From Clostridia bacterium (lineage in GTDB: Bacteria; Bacillota; Clostridia; Christensenellales; UBA1242): a DNA stretch of 64,000 bases. The notes beneath the pieces are model-generated. The model did not search any database. It saw only the letters and a list, made by a program, of their open reading frames with translations, and was not told the DNA's origin. The stretch covers positions 151,765 through 215,764 of the forward strand of contig JAZNYK010000007.1 in assembly GCA_045594425.1 (NCBI GenBank). The letters run 5' to 3'. Each line of letters begins with the position of its first letter. The stretch's first letter is position 1. This document shows, one piece after another, positions 26,627 to 35,938 of the stretch. A program made the position numbers and the translations under genes.

Positions 26627-29600
26627 TTAACTAAAATCTTCTTCTTTTGGCTTTTTTCTTCTTGCAAAAATCAACAAGCCAGAAATTAATACAATTCCAA
26701 TCAATCCATAAATAACATAAGTTGGTATTGATTTAAAGAAGTTTGCTGGTTTCTCCTCAATTACAAGTTCACCATCAATAAAATTAACTGAATAGTTTTT
26801 GTTGTCCCATTCACCTTCCAAAATATAGGTTGAGCCTGGCATTAATTCAACAACATTATCAGGTGTTTTGATTTTAATTTTTAAATCATCAATATCATAT
26901 AAAATACCCGAAGTTATCACATATGCATTTTGGTCAATCAGCATATTTTCAGAATACTCAAGCGTTTGATTTAAAATCTTTATAACAATTTCTCTTTTGT
27001 TTACCGTGTAAACACCACTTGTTATTGTGCAATTATAGTTCTTATTATCAGAAGTTGCGGTGATTTCATATTCCCCAACCCCACTAAATTCTTGAGCATT
27101 TGTTGAGAGTGTAAGTTTTAAGTCATCGCCATCTAACAACATTCCACTTGTAATAACATAATCGGTTGAACTTAAAACAATTGCCCCGCCATAAATTGAA
27201 TGTTGATTATCAAGTTTTATTGAAATATTTCTTGCGTCAATAGTAAGCACACTTGTAATAAAACTTGCATCATAGTTAGCATTTGAATAAACCGCAAAAA
27301 GTTCATATTCACCAACATTTGACCTTTGACCAATACTTGAGTGAAGAGTTATGTTTAAGTCATCACCATTAACGATTTCACCTTTTGTAACTTCATACTC
27401 ATTCTGAACTCGCGAATATGTTCCACCATAAACCATTCTCTGGTTTTCTAGTTTTATTGTCACCTGTCGCTTTTGAATTTCTAACTTTCCTGCATAGTAT
27501 GAAACATCATAGTTTTTATTGCCATAATTCAAATAAATATAATAAGTTCCAACTTCGCTAAAGTTTGTTGCAACTGTATAAAGTTCAATGTTTAAATCGT
27601 CACCATTAACAATTTCGCCAGAATACACGCTAAACTTGTCACCATCGATAACAACGTCACCATATATTGCTGTTTGGTCATCAATCTCAAATGAAATTGG
27701 TCTTGCAAAAATTGTATAATAACCACCAATAACATCAATATCATAGTTATCGTTTCCAACTGAAACCACATCAATTTCATAAGAGCCAATATCTGATGTT
27801 TCTGTTGCCGATGTTTGAAGCGTGATGTTTAAATTATCACCATTAACAAGATTCCCTTTTGAAATTGAATATAATTGGTCAACTTCAACATCATCGCCAT
27901 AAACACCTGTTTGATTTTCTACCAAAATAGTTATGCTTCTTTGAATGATAACATAATCTGCATTAACAAACGTGATGTTATATCCACCAGAGTTTAACAC
28001 AGTTCCAACAAGTGCATAAGTGCCAACATCAGATTCATGCGATGCTTCAGTGGAAATATCGATTGCCACATTTGACATATCAACATGAATGTTAACCGAA
28101 TATAACGAATCATCCACAGAAACTTTATTTCCATAAATGCTAGATTGATTTTCAAGTGTTATAACAATATCTGTTGCATCCGAGTTATCTTCTTTAATTG
28201 TAAGAAGTGCGGAACCATATGCATCATAATAACCATCTGCCGAAATTTTGAAATAAACTGGTGTTTCTGAAGAAATATCAACAAAATCTCCAATTCCAGC
28301 AACATCTGTTATGTCATACACACCAACAGTTAAACCATAAGAAATTGAATAGTTTGCCACACTATCATCAACGTCAATATAAATATTATGTGCTTCACCA
28401 TCATAAACATGAACGCTGTCCATCGCATTATATTCAATAAAATCTACACCTGCTCGATTTTGTGTTGAATATACATAATAATTATTATTTGCTAAACCAT
28501 AATTCACATAAGAACTGATTGTAAAACCATCGAAGGCAGATTTTACAAACAAATCTGGCGAATAAATAAATGCATAAGTGTTCAAAAATGTTGAAACGTA
28601 TGTGCTTGTTGCAGATGTTGAAAAGTCATAATAAACATTGTCAAGGTCATAGCAATAAAATGCACCTGATTCATATGTCGTGTTTGTTGATTCAATATGC
28701 AAATTGTTGACATACGCTCCTTGAAATAATCTTTCTGGAATTTTTTTGCTGCTCGTAGAAATCATTAAATTTTGAATATATGTTCCACCAAAAGGCAAAG
28801 CAATTCCAAAAGAACCATCTTCATATTCAACAATATAACTGCTGCTAGAAACCGATTTTGCTCTATAATCTAAAGTTCCAATTGAAGATTCATAAACAGC
28901 ATTTCCACCAATGCTAGAAATTGTTAAAGGAATAACAAGTTCAGCAAGATTAAGATTCATCATTGAACATGGTTCAATGGTTACAATATTTGAAAGAGTT
29001 CCGTTTAGCCTAATTGAACTTAAAACAGAATAAGTTCCCCCATCTCTGCTATAAAGATAAACTAAAGAATTTGAACTATAAAGCGCTGTGCCATCAGCAT
29101 AGAATGATGTGTTTGATGAATGCACTTTTAAATCAATGCTATCAGCAACACCATAAAAAGCAAGTTCACCAATTGATTCAACCTTTTCGCCAATTGTAAA
29201 ACTTTGTAAACTTGAACATTGATAGAAGCAAGCCGAAGAGAGTGTTGTGATGTTCATAATTTGACAAGTTGAAAGTGCACTGCAACCATAGAATAAAGCA
29301 TCACCAATAGTTGTTAAGCCATCAAGTCTAACAGATTTTAACGCCGTGTTTGCCGAAAACGCATATGCCAATGCTTCTTGAAGTTTTGGAAGATAAATTC
29401 CTTTTTCGCCGTCATTTAATGTAGAACTTGAAACTATTTCAATGTTTGGACAATGTCTAAACGCTGAAATATAAATTTTTTCAACCCCAGGTGCAAGCAC
29501 TTTTTCAAGGCTCAAACAATCTTGGAAAACATAACCTCCAAGTGTTGTGCAAGAACTTGGAATTTCCACTGAAACAAGTTCAGAGCCTTTAAACAAAGAT

Positions 29601-31561
29601 GGTGTTATAGACTTAACTTCAATACCGTCTATCGTATCTGGAATAACAAGGTCTGTGAAATGACCGTTATAAGAAGTTATTTCACCATATTCATCAATCT
29701 CAAAATAATCTTCAATTGGTTGATTTGCTGAAAATAATGTAACTTCAAAAACTTCAGTAATTTTTGTAAGCACACCATCTGTTAGCATATACCCCACTGC
29801 TTTAACTGTTGTTGATTCTAAAATTCCAATAGAACCTGTGTATGTTTGTGACGCTTGATATGAAGGAATAGTTCCATCGGTTGTGTAACAAATTGAAAGC
29901 GATGGGTCTTCACATTCTATTTCCAAAAGCATTGAATCTTCAAAACTATAATAACTCAAACTCAAATCAATTAATGTGCCACTATCATAAAACGATAATT
30001 TTGAATCAACCTTTTCAACGGAATAGTTTGAAAGACTTGCCATTCCATGACCATAAAAAATATCAAATCCAGAACTGCCAAGGTCAACAGCATTTTCATA
30101 AAGCAAAGATTCTATGTTGTTTGCGGTGTATGTTGGCAATGTTGTTTGATAATAAGAAGAATCAGAACACAAAAGTGCAACAACACCACTCACATGAGGT
30201 GTTGCCATTGATGTTCCTGAAAGTGTTGCATATGTGTTTGCATAAACACCATTTGAAGAACCAATGTATGCTGATAAAATTCTTGTTCCTGGAGCACTAA
30301 CATCAACATGACTACCAAAATTTGAGTAAGAATCATCAAATAAAACAGTAGTTCCACTTTGTTTTAAAGAAGACACAACCACAGCATTTTCACACGCTGC
30401 TGGAAGATAGTTACTTGTGTTATCACTTTCATTTCCTGCTGCAACAATCGGAAGAATGTTTTTATCTGTTCTTAAATTAGAAAAAATAGATTTAAATTCT
30501 GTGTATCCATAAGAATAATATCCACAGCCTAAACTCATGTTTATGCAAGCAATATTATAATTTGGAGCATAAACTTCATAAATTTTTTCTAACGCAGAAA
30601 AAATTGCAAGAGTTGAGCCATGACCAGTTGAGTCAAAAACCTTTATAGGTAAAATTTTTACATTGTTTGGAGTGAGGTCACAAATAATCCCAGAAACGTG
30701 AGTTCCATGACCATCATCATCTTCAAAAGCATATCCGCTATAAGTGTAGTTTGTTGTGTAATAAGATGTGCCTACATAGTTTGAATTGCCATCAGTAACA
30801 ATTCTTCCAGAAAACATTGAATGTGAGGTGTTAATTCCTGAATCTACAACAGCAACAACAACATCCCTGTCTGTTCCATTAACATCCAAATAATCTCTAT
30901 ATGGTCCTATCTCAATTGCTTCTGCGCCCCATGTGCGGTCGTTTGAATAATCATAAGAACCTTCTGTTTCTGCTTGAGCAACAATCACGCTGTCAACATA
31001 AACCTCTGTGCCTTCAGCAATCAAGTTGTTATATGCATTTTTAGTATCAAACTCGTTTTCATAGCACAATACGTTATAGTTTTTGTAACCAGAAACAACT
31101 TTTGTTGCTCCATAAGTTTCATCAATATCACCAAAAACAATAAGTCTTTTTAACACATACTTTGAAAAGATTTCATAACCATCAAATGTTTCAAAAGCAA
31201 CATACCCAAGTTTATTACAAATATCTCTAAATATTTCCCCATCCAAAGATGAGTTTAAACTTGACTCGAATGTTTGATAATTTTCACCGGTAGTGTTATT
31301 TTTTATAGAAACCCCTTCATCTGACTCAATTGGTGTTAAACCAAGAGAACTAACCATGCTTTCTAATGTCGCATTTTCACTTGAAAGTTTTATACCTTGC
31401 ATTTTGTCATCAGATAAAAGACTGGCAACATTGCTTTCAAAAACATAAAATTCCTTAACACTTCCACCATCACCTTTGTGCAAAGATTTCACGCCCACAA
31501 AACTTGTAAGTGCAAGCAAAATACACACAAAAATAACAGAAAACTTTTTTAAATTCTTCAT
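26627..31561 (-). CDS. giant secreted, C-terminally membrane-anchored subtilisin-family (S8) protease with LRR and MBG-type repeat domains
   Basis: 1644 aa. Signal peptide MKNLKKFSVIFVCILLALTSFVG. S8 triad motifs VVAVVDSGI (D240), DDDGHGTHVSG (H285), LSGTSMATPHVSG (S451), at nt about 30032-30934. CHB_HEX_C-like segment (ICYTTDGTIPS). BspA-type LRR region at nt about 28682-29689. Six repeats of about 78 aa. TM at nt 26663-26731 followed by RRKKPKEE. Confidence 0.85.
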   Translation of the reverse strand: MKNLKKFSVIFVCILLALTSFVGVKSLHKGDGGSVKEFYVFESNVASLLSDDKMQGIKLSSENATLESMVSSLGLTPIESDEGVSIKNNTTGENYQTFESSLNSSLDGEIFRDICNKLGYVAFETFDGYEIFSKYVLKRLIVFGDIDETYGATKVVSGYKNYNVLCYENEFDTKNAYNNLIAEGTEVYVDSVIVAQAETEGSYDYSNDRTWGAEAIEIGPYRDYLDVNGTDRDVVVAVVDSGINTSHSMFSGRIVTDGNSNYVGTSYYTTNYTYSGYAFEDDDGHGTHVSGIICDLTPNNVKILPIKVFDSTGHGSTLAIFSALEKIYEVYAPNYNIACINMSLGCGYYSYGYTEFKSIFSNLRTDKNILPIVAAGNESDNTSNYLPAACENAVVVSSLKQSGTTVLFDDSYSNFGSHVDVSAPGTRILSAYIGSSNGVYANTYATLSGTSMATPHVSGVVALLCSDSSYYQTTLPTYTANNIESLLYENAVDLGSSGFDIFYGHGMASLSNYSVEKVDSKLSFYDSGTLIDLSLSYYSFEDSMLLEIECEDPSLSICYTTDGTIPSYQASQTYTGSIGILESTTVKAVGYMLTDGVLTKITEVFEVTLFSANQPIEDYFEIDEYGEITSYNGHFTDLVIPDTIDGIEVKSITPSLFKGSELVSVEIPSSCTTLGGYVFQDCLSLEKVLAPGVEKIYISAFRHCPNIEIVSSSTLNDGEKGIYLPKLQEALAYAFSANTALKSVRLDGLTTIGDALFYGCSALSTCQIMNITTLSSACFYQCSSLQSFTIGEKVESIGELAFYGVADSIDLKVHSSNTSFYADGTALYSSNSLVYLYSRDGGTYSVLSSIRLNGTLSNIVTIEPCSMMNLNLAELVIPLTISSIGGNAVYESSIGTLDYRAKSVSSSSYIVEYEDGSFGIALPFGGTYIQNLMISTSSKKIPERLFQGAYVNNLHIESTNTTYESGAFYCYDLDNVYYDFSTSATSTYVSTFLNTYAFIYSPDLFVKSAFDGFTISSYVNYGLANNNYYVYSTQNRAGVDFIEYNAMDSVHVYDGEAHNIYIDVDDSVANYSISYGLTVGVYDITDVAGIGDFVDISSETPVYFKISADGYYDAYGSALLTIKEDNSDATDIVITLENQSSIYGNKVSVDDSLYSVNIHVDMSNVAIDISTEASHESDVGTYALVGTVLNSGGYNITFVNADYVIIQRSITILVENQTGVYGDDVEVDQLYSISKGNLVNGDNLNITLQTSATETSDIGSYEIDVVSVGNDNYDIDVIGGYYTIFARPISFEIDDQTAIYGDVVIDGDKFSVYSGEIVNGDDLNIELYTVATNFSEVGTYYIYLNYGNKNYDVSYYAGKLEIQKRQVTIKLENQRMVYGGTYSRVQNEYEVTKGEIVNGDDLNITLHSSIGQRSNVGEYELFAVYSNANYDASFITSVLTIDARNISIKLDNQHSIYGGAIVLSSTDYVITSGMLLDGDDLKLTLSTNAQEFSGVGEYEITATSDNKNYNCTITSGVYTVNKREIVIKILNQTLEYSENMLIDQNAYVITSGILYDIDDLKIKIKTPDNVVELMPGSTYILEGEWDNKNYSVNFIDGELVIEEKPANFFKSIPTYVIYGLIGIVLISGLLIFARRKKPKEEDFS
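26750..28168 (-). repeat. six tandem ~78-aa protein repeats (MBG/YGX-like) within the protease gene
   Basis: Each unit reads I.I..NQ..(I/V)YG......Y.(I/V).(S/K)G.(I/L)VNGD.LNI.L......S.VG.Y.I.......NY. It recurs 6 times (protein positions 1132-1604). The repeats are diverged at the DNA level. Confidence 0.75.
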
Positions 31562-31630
31562 TTGAACCCCTAATAAAATATAAAAATTTTATTCTAGCAA
31601 ATCTCATTTACATAATAACAAAAAACACAT

Positions 31631-31659
31631 AAAAAAAGCCACCCTTTTAGGGTGGCTTT
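31631..31659 (-). terminator. intrinsic terminator after adhE
   Basis: AAGCCACCC (31636-31644), loop TTTTA, GGGTGGCTT (31650-31658). Minus-strand T-run from the A-run at 31631-31637. Confidence 0.85.
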
Positions 31660-31675
31660 AACAAATTTCATAAAA

Positions 31676-34291
31676 TTATTTAATATCTTTTCCAAATGTG
31701 CCATAGAAAGCATTCATATAAATTTGCTTAAGTTCTGAAACAAGTGGATATCTTGGGTTTGCACCTGTGCATTGGTCATCAAAAGCATTCAAGCACATAT
31801 CATCAAGAGTTGCAAGGAAATTTTCTTCAGTAACATTATATTCAGCAATAGTTTTCTTGATTCCAACTTTTTCTTTAAGTTCGTCAATAGCCTTGATAAG
31901 TCTTTCCATTTTGTCTTCATCAGTTTTTCCGCCAAGACCAAGTGCATCAGCGATTTCAGCATATTTATGGAGTGTCTTTGGATGGTCATATTGTGGGAAT
32001 GTTCCCATTTTTGTTGGTTGTTCGCTAGAGTTAAATCTGATTACATCATCAATAACAAGAGCGTTTGCAATACCATGAGGAATGTGATGGAATGCACCAA
32101 GTTTGTGTGCCAAACTGTGACATACACCAAGGAATGCATTTGCAAATGCAATACCAGCCATTGTTGCAGCATTTGCCATTTTTTCACGAGCAACAAAATC
32201 TGTTTGACCATTTTCATAACATTTTGGAAGGTTTTCAAAAATAATCTTGATTGCTTGAAGTGCCAAACCGTCTGTGTAGTCAGAAGCCATAACAGAAACA
32301 TAAGCCTCTAAACTGTGAATAAGTGCGTCAATACCAGAAGCGGCAGTCAAGCCCTTTGGAGCACTCATCATCATATCTGTTTCAACAATTGCCATGTTTG
32401 GAAGCAATTGATAGTCAGCAAGTGGATATTTAACGCCAGTTTTGTCATCAGTGATAACTGCAAATGGTGTAACTTCACTGCCAGTTCCTGAACTTGTTGG
32501 AATTGCAATAAAGTATGCTTTTTCACCCATCTTTGGGAATTCATAAACTCTTTTTCTGATATCACAGAAACGCATAGCCATATCTTTAAATTCAACTTCT
32601 GGATGTTCATAAAGAACCCACATAATTTTTCCTGCGTCCATAGCAGAACCACCACCAACTGCAATAATGCAATCTGGGTTAAACGCTCTCATCATTTCAG
32701 CACCTTTAACAGCACATGAAAGTGTTGGGTCTGGTGGAACGTCAAAGAATGTTTGATATTGAATGTTCATTTCATTAAGAGCCTTTTCAACTGGACGAAC
32801 ATATCCGTTGTTGTAAAGGAATGAGTCAGTAACAATGAACACTTTTTTCTTGTTAAGAACTGTTTTAAGTTCTTGAAGTGCCACTGGAAGGCAGCCTTTT
32901 TTAAAGTAAACTTTTTCTGGAAGTCTGAGCCACAACATATTTTCTCTCCTTATTGCAACAGTTTTGATGTTTAAAAGGTGTTTTACACCAACGTTTTCTG
33001 AAACAGAGTTACCACCCCATGTTCCACAACCAAGTGTGAGTGATGGAGCAAGTTTAAAGTTGTAGATATCACCAATTCCACCAAAAGCCGATGGCGAGTT
33101 AATAAGAACACGACAAGTTCTCATTTTATCTTCATACAAATAAAGTTTTTCTGGTTCTGTTTCTGTGTTGATATAAAGTGATGAAGTGTGACCATAACCA
33201 CCATCTTTAACAAGTCTTTTTGCATTGATAACTGCTTCTTCAAAGTTCTCAAACTTATAGCAAGCCAAAACTGGTGAAAGTTTTTCACGAGCAAGTTTTT
33301 CATTTGCCATGTTGTAGTCTGTAAGTTCTGTAATTAAAATCTTTGTGTTTTCAGGAACTTTAAATCCAGCCATTTCAGCAATTGTGTATGCTGACTTACC
33401 TACAATGTTTGCGTTAAGCGCACCTTCATTAAACATGGTTGCTGAAAGCATTGCTTTTTCTTCTTCGTTTGTGAAGTAGCAACCACGCAAAATAAATTCT
33501 TTTTTAACTTCATCGTAAATATCATCGTCAACCAAAACTGCTTGTTCTGACGCACAAATCATACCATTATCAAATGTTTTTGAATGAATGATTGAACTTA
33601 CAGCAAGTTTGATGTCTGCAGATTTGTGAATAATTGCAGGAGTGTTTCCAGGACCAACACCAATTGCTGGCTTTCCTGATGAATAAGCAGCCTTAACCAT
33701 TGCAGGACCACCTGTTGCAAGAATAATGTTACAACTCTTCATAACAACACCAGAAAGTGGAACGCTTGGTTCGTCAATCCAACCAATGATATCTTCTGGA
33801 GCACCTGCTTCAACAGCAGCCTTAAGCAAAAGTTTTGCAGTTTCAATTGTGCACTTTTTTGCTCTTGGATGTGGGCTGATTATGATGCCGTTTCTTGTTT
33901 TTAGAGCCAAAAGAACTTTAAAAATAACTGTTGATGTTGGGTTTGTTGTTGGAACAATTGCAGCAATAATACCAATTGGGTCAGCAACTCTTGCATAACC
34001 ATAGGCTTTATCTTCTTCAATAATGCCAACAGACTTTGTGTCTTTGTATGAATTATAAATGTATTCAGAAGCAAAGTGATTTTTGATAACCTTGTCTTCC
34101 ATAACGCCCATACCAGTTTCTTCATAAGCCATTTTTGCTAACTGAATTCTGTTTTCATTTGCACAAGTAGCAACCGCTTTAAAAATCTTGTCAACTTGTT
34201 CTTGTGTGTAGGTTGAATACTTCTTTTGAGCGGCTTTAATTTGTTTGATATTTTGAAGTAATGTTTCTTCGCTATTTACGTAAATCTCCAT
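31676..34291 (-). CDS. adhE: bifunctional acetaldehyde-CoA/alcohol dehydrogenase
   Basis: 871 aa. N-terminal aldehyde dehydrogenase domain (GPGNTPAII, ICASEQ) and C-terminal iron-type alcohol dehydrogenase domain (GGGSAMDAGK, HSLAHKLG). SD AAGGAG. Confidence 0.95.
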   Translation of the reverse strand: MEIYVNSEETLLQNIKQIKAAQKKYSTYTQEQVDKIFKAVATCANENRIQLAKMAYEETGMGVMEDKVIKNHFASEYIYNSYKDTKSVGIIEEDKAYGYARVADPIGIIAAIVPTTNPTSTVIFKVLLALKTRNGIIISPHPRAKKCTIETAKLLLKAAVEAGAPEDIIGWIDEPSVPLSGVVMKSCNIILATGGPAMVKAAYSSGKPAIGVGPGNTPAIIHKSADIKLAVSSIIHSKTFDNGMICASEQAVLVDDDIYDEVKKEFILRGCYFTNEEEKAMLSATMFNEGALNANIVGKSAYTIAEMAGFKVPENTKILITELTDYNMANEKLAREKLSPVLACYKFENFEEAVINAKRLVKDGGYGHTSSLYINTETEPEKLYLYEDKMRTCRVLINSPSAFGGIGDIYNFKLAPSLTLGCGTWGGNSVSENVGVKHLLNIKTVAIRRENMLWLRLPEKVYFKKGCLPVALQELKTVLNKKKVFIVTDSFLYNNGYVRPVEKALNEMNIQYQTFFDVPPDPTLSCAVKGAEMMRAFNPDCIIAVGGGSAMDAGKIMWVLYEHPEVEFKDMAMRFCDIRKRVYEFPKMGEKAYFIAIPTSSGTGSEVTPFAVITDDKTGVKYPLADYQLLPNMAIVETDMMMSAPKGLTAASGIDALIHSLEAYVSVMASDYTDGLALQAIKIIFENLPKCYENGQTDFVAREKMANAATMAGIAFANAFLGVCHSLAHKLGAFHHIPHGIANALVIDDVIRFNSSEQPTKMGTFPQYDHPKTLHKYAEIADALGLGGKTDEDKMERLIKAIDELKEKVGIKKTIAEYNVTEENFLATLDDMCLNAFDDQCTGANPRYPLVSELKQIYMNAFYGTFGKDIK

Positions 34292-34347
34292 TAAAGTAAT
34301 GTCTCCTTTTATTTATCATTGTTTATTCTAATCAAAATTAAAAAAAA

Positions 34348-34390
34348 GTCTAACAAAAAAACAAAAAAGAGTGTTTTTTTCCACTCTTTT
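34348..34390 (-). terminator. intrinsic terminator after spo0A
   Basis: AAAGAGTG (34366-34373) / CACTCTTT (34382-34389). Followed on the minus strand by TTTTTGTTTTTTT. Confidence 0.7.
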
Positions 34391-34409
34391 ATAACATTTC
34401 AACAAAAAT

Positions 34410-35168
34410 TTAAACATCAAGAAGCATTTTATCTGCCACAAGTGCAATAAATTCACCATTTGTAGGCTTTTCGTTATTAGAATAAACAGTGAGTCCAAAA
34501 ATGCTGTTAATGTTCTCAATCTTCCCCCTGTTCCAAGCAACCTCAATGGCGTGCCTTATTGCTCTTTCAACTTTTGATGCAGAGGTTGAAAAACGTTCTG
34601 CAATTGATGGATAAAGTCTTTTTGTTATTGAATTAATAATATCTGGGTTTTCCATGGCAAGTTTTATTGCTTCTCTCAAAAATTGATATCCTTTGATGTG
34701 TGCAGGAATACCCACTGTGATAAAAATGTTTGTGATTTTTTCTTCAATTTCTTTTTCAGTATCTGCTTTTGAAATAAACAAATTATTTTGGGCTTCATTT
34801 TCAAATAAATTGTCAACCCTTTTTACTAAAATATCGAAATTTACTGGCTTTAACATATAATAATCAACACCTAACGCCATTGTTTTTTTGATAAAAGTGT
34901 CACTTGAAAGTGCTGAAAGAACCACAATTTTAATATTTTTGTTAATTTGTTTTGCTTTTTCAATAACTTCAAATCCATCAATTTCAGGAAGCACTAAATC
35001 AACCACAAGCAAGTCATAATTGTTTTTTTCAAGATTGTTTATTGCGTCTGCCCCATTAGAAACTTTATCTATTGTGCTTAAAAATTTTTCATTGGTAAGT
35101 TTTTCAGAAATCTGTGCCATCTCTTCGGCGTTTTCATTTGCAAGTAAAATTGAAACTTTCCTTTCCAT
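34410..35168 (-). CDS. spo0A: sporulation master regulator Spo0A-type response regulator
   Basis: Receiver domain (VVDLVLPEIDG, VVLSALS, YYMLKP) plus the diagnostic Spo0A C-domain (GIPAHIKGYQFLREAI...SKVERAIRHAIEVAWNRG). Start at ATG 35166-35168, 4 nt after AAGGAAG. Confidence 0.9.
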   Translation of the reverse strand: MERKVSILLANENAEEMAQISEKLTNEKFLSTIDKVSNGADAINNLEKNNYDLLVVDLVLPEIDGFEVIEKAKQINKNIKIVVLSALSSDTFIKKTMALGVDYYMLKPVNFDILVKRVDNLFENEAQNNLFISKADTEKEIEEKITNIFITVGIPAHIKGYQFLREAIKLAMENPDIINSITKRLYPSIAERFSTSASKVERAIRHAIEVAWNRGKIENINSIFGLTVYSNNEKPTNGEFIALVADKMLLDV

Positions 35169-35281
35169 AAAAACTTCCTTATTTGTTTTTCTGCAACTAA
35201 TGCAATACAAAAAGTTTAGCACAACAACCTTTCATTAATAAAAAAACTACGTGTAGAAAATAAATTAATTTCCGTAGTTAT

Positions 35282-35288
35282 TGTCGAA
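35282..35288 (+). promoter_or_regulatory. consensus 0A box (TGTCGAA) upstream of spo0A
   Basis: Exact TGTCGAA on the plus strand, about 115 nt upstream of the spo0A start. Consistent with Spo0A autoregulation as known in Bacillus and Clostridium. Confidence 0.45.
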
Positions 35289-35368
35289 TTGTGTCTAGTA
35301 AAACAAAAAACGACATGCTGTTTATGCGAAAATTAAAAATAAAATGTGTTTTAACAAATTTTAAACGC

Positions 35369-35396
35369 AAAAAAAGTGGCAAATTGCCACTTTTTA
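35369..35396 (-). terminator. intrinsic terminator after the zinc-ribbon gene
   Basis: AGTGGCA (35375-35381), loop AAT, TGCCACT (35385-35391). Minus-strand T-run from the A-run at 35369-35374. Confidence 0.75.
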
Positions 35397-35789
35397 TTTA
35401 TGAAAATTGTTTATTGTTTTAATAGACTTTCTACAGTCCTTGCACATTGCAGGTCTAAAAAATCCTTTTTCTTTAAAAAACTTTTGTTCAGATGCTGTCC
35501 AAACCCAATCTTTTCCACATTTTTTGCAATTTAAAGTTTTGTCTTCAAATGTGTTTGCACGTCTTTCTTTTTCTGCTTCCCACTCAAGTCTTTTCTTTTC
35601 TTTCATTTCAAGGTATTCTTGATGTTTTCTTTCTTTTTGTTCTAGCCATTCTTGATGCTTCTTTTCTTTTTCAATTCTCAATTTCTCTTGATACTCAATT
35701 CTTTCTTGTTCTATGCGTTTTGCTTCTTCGGCAAGTCTGGCATCTTCTTCAGCAAGAAGTTCTGCCATTGTATATTTTTTTTCTTCCAT
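35394..35789 (-). CDS. E/K-rich protein with a C-terminal zinc-ribbon (zf-trcl-like)
   Basis: 131 aa. CKKCGKDWVWTASEQKFFKEKGFFRPAMCKDCR matches the CxxCG...EQ.F...KG...P..C..CR zinc-ribbon family. N-terminal half is a charged coiled coil. SD GGAG. Confidence 0.75.
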   Translation of the reverse strand: MEEKKYTMAELLAEEDARLAEEAKRIEQERIEYQEKLRIEKEKKHQEWLEQKERKHQEYLEMKEKKRLEWEAEKERRANTFEDKTLNCKKCGKDWVWTASEQKFFKEKGFFRPAMCKDCRKSIKTINNFHK

Positions 35790-35856
35790 AAAAATCTCCT
35801 AATAACAAAATGATAACACAAAAAACACATATTGCAAACACAAAGTTGCACAAACA

Positions 35857-35887
35857 TTAAAAAAGTGTGAGACATAGCCCACACTTG
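35857..35887 (-). terminator. intrinsic terminator after valS
   Basis: AAGTGTG (35863-35869) / CACACTT (35880-35886) with a 10-nt loop. Minus-strand T-run. Confidence 0.6.
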
Positions 35888-35938
35888 AAAAATTTAATGT
35901 AAATGCAGTAATTTCAAGGTATTATGTGTCACACAATA

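Noticed and set aside
26750-28168. DNA-level tandem repeat or phase-variable region in the protease gene
   Set aside because: The six units are recognisable only at the protein level. The nucleotide sequences are diverged, with no long identical stretches that would support slippage or recombination.
31772-32311. 179-aa and 103-aa ORFs antisense to adhE
   Set aside because: They are embedded in the adhE coding region and have no SD or promoter. The composition is an artefact of the opposite-strand codon bias.
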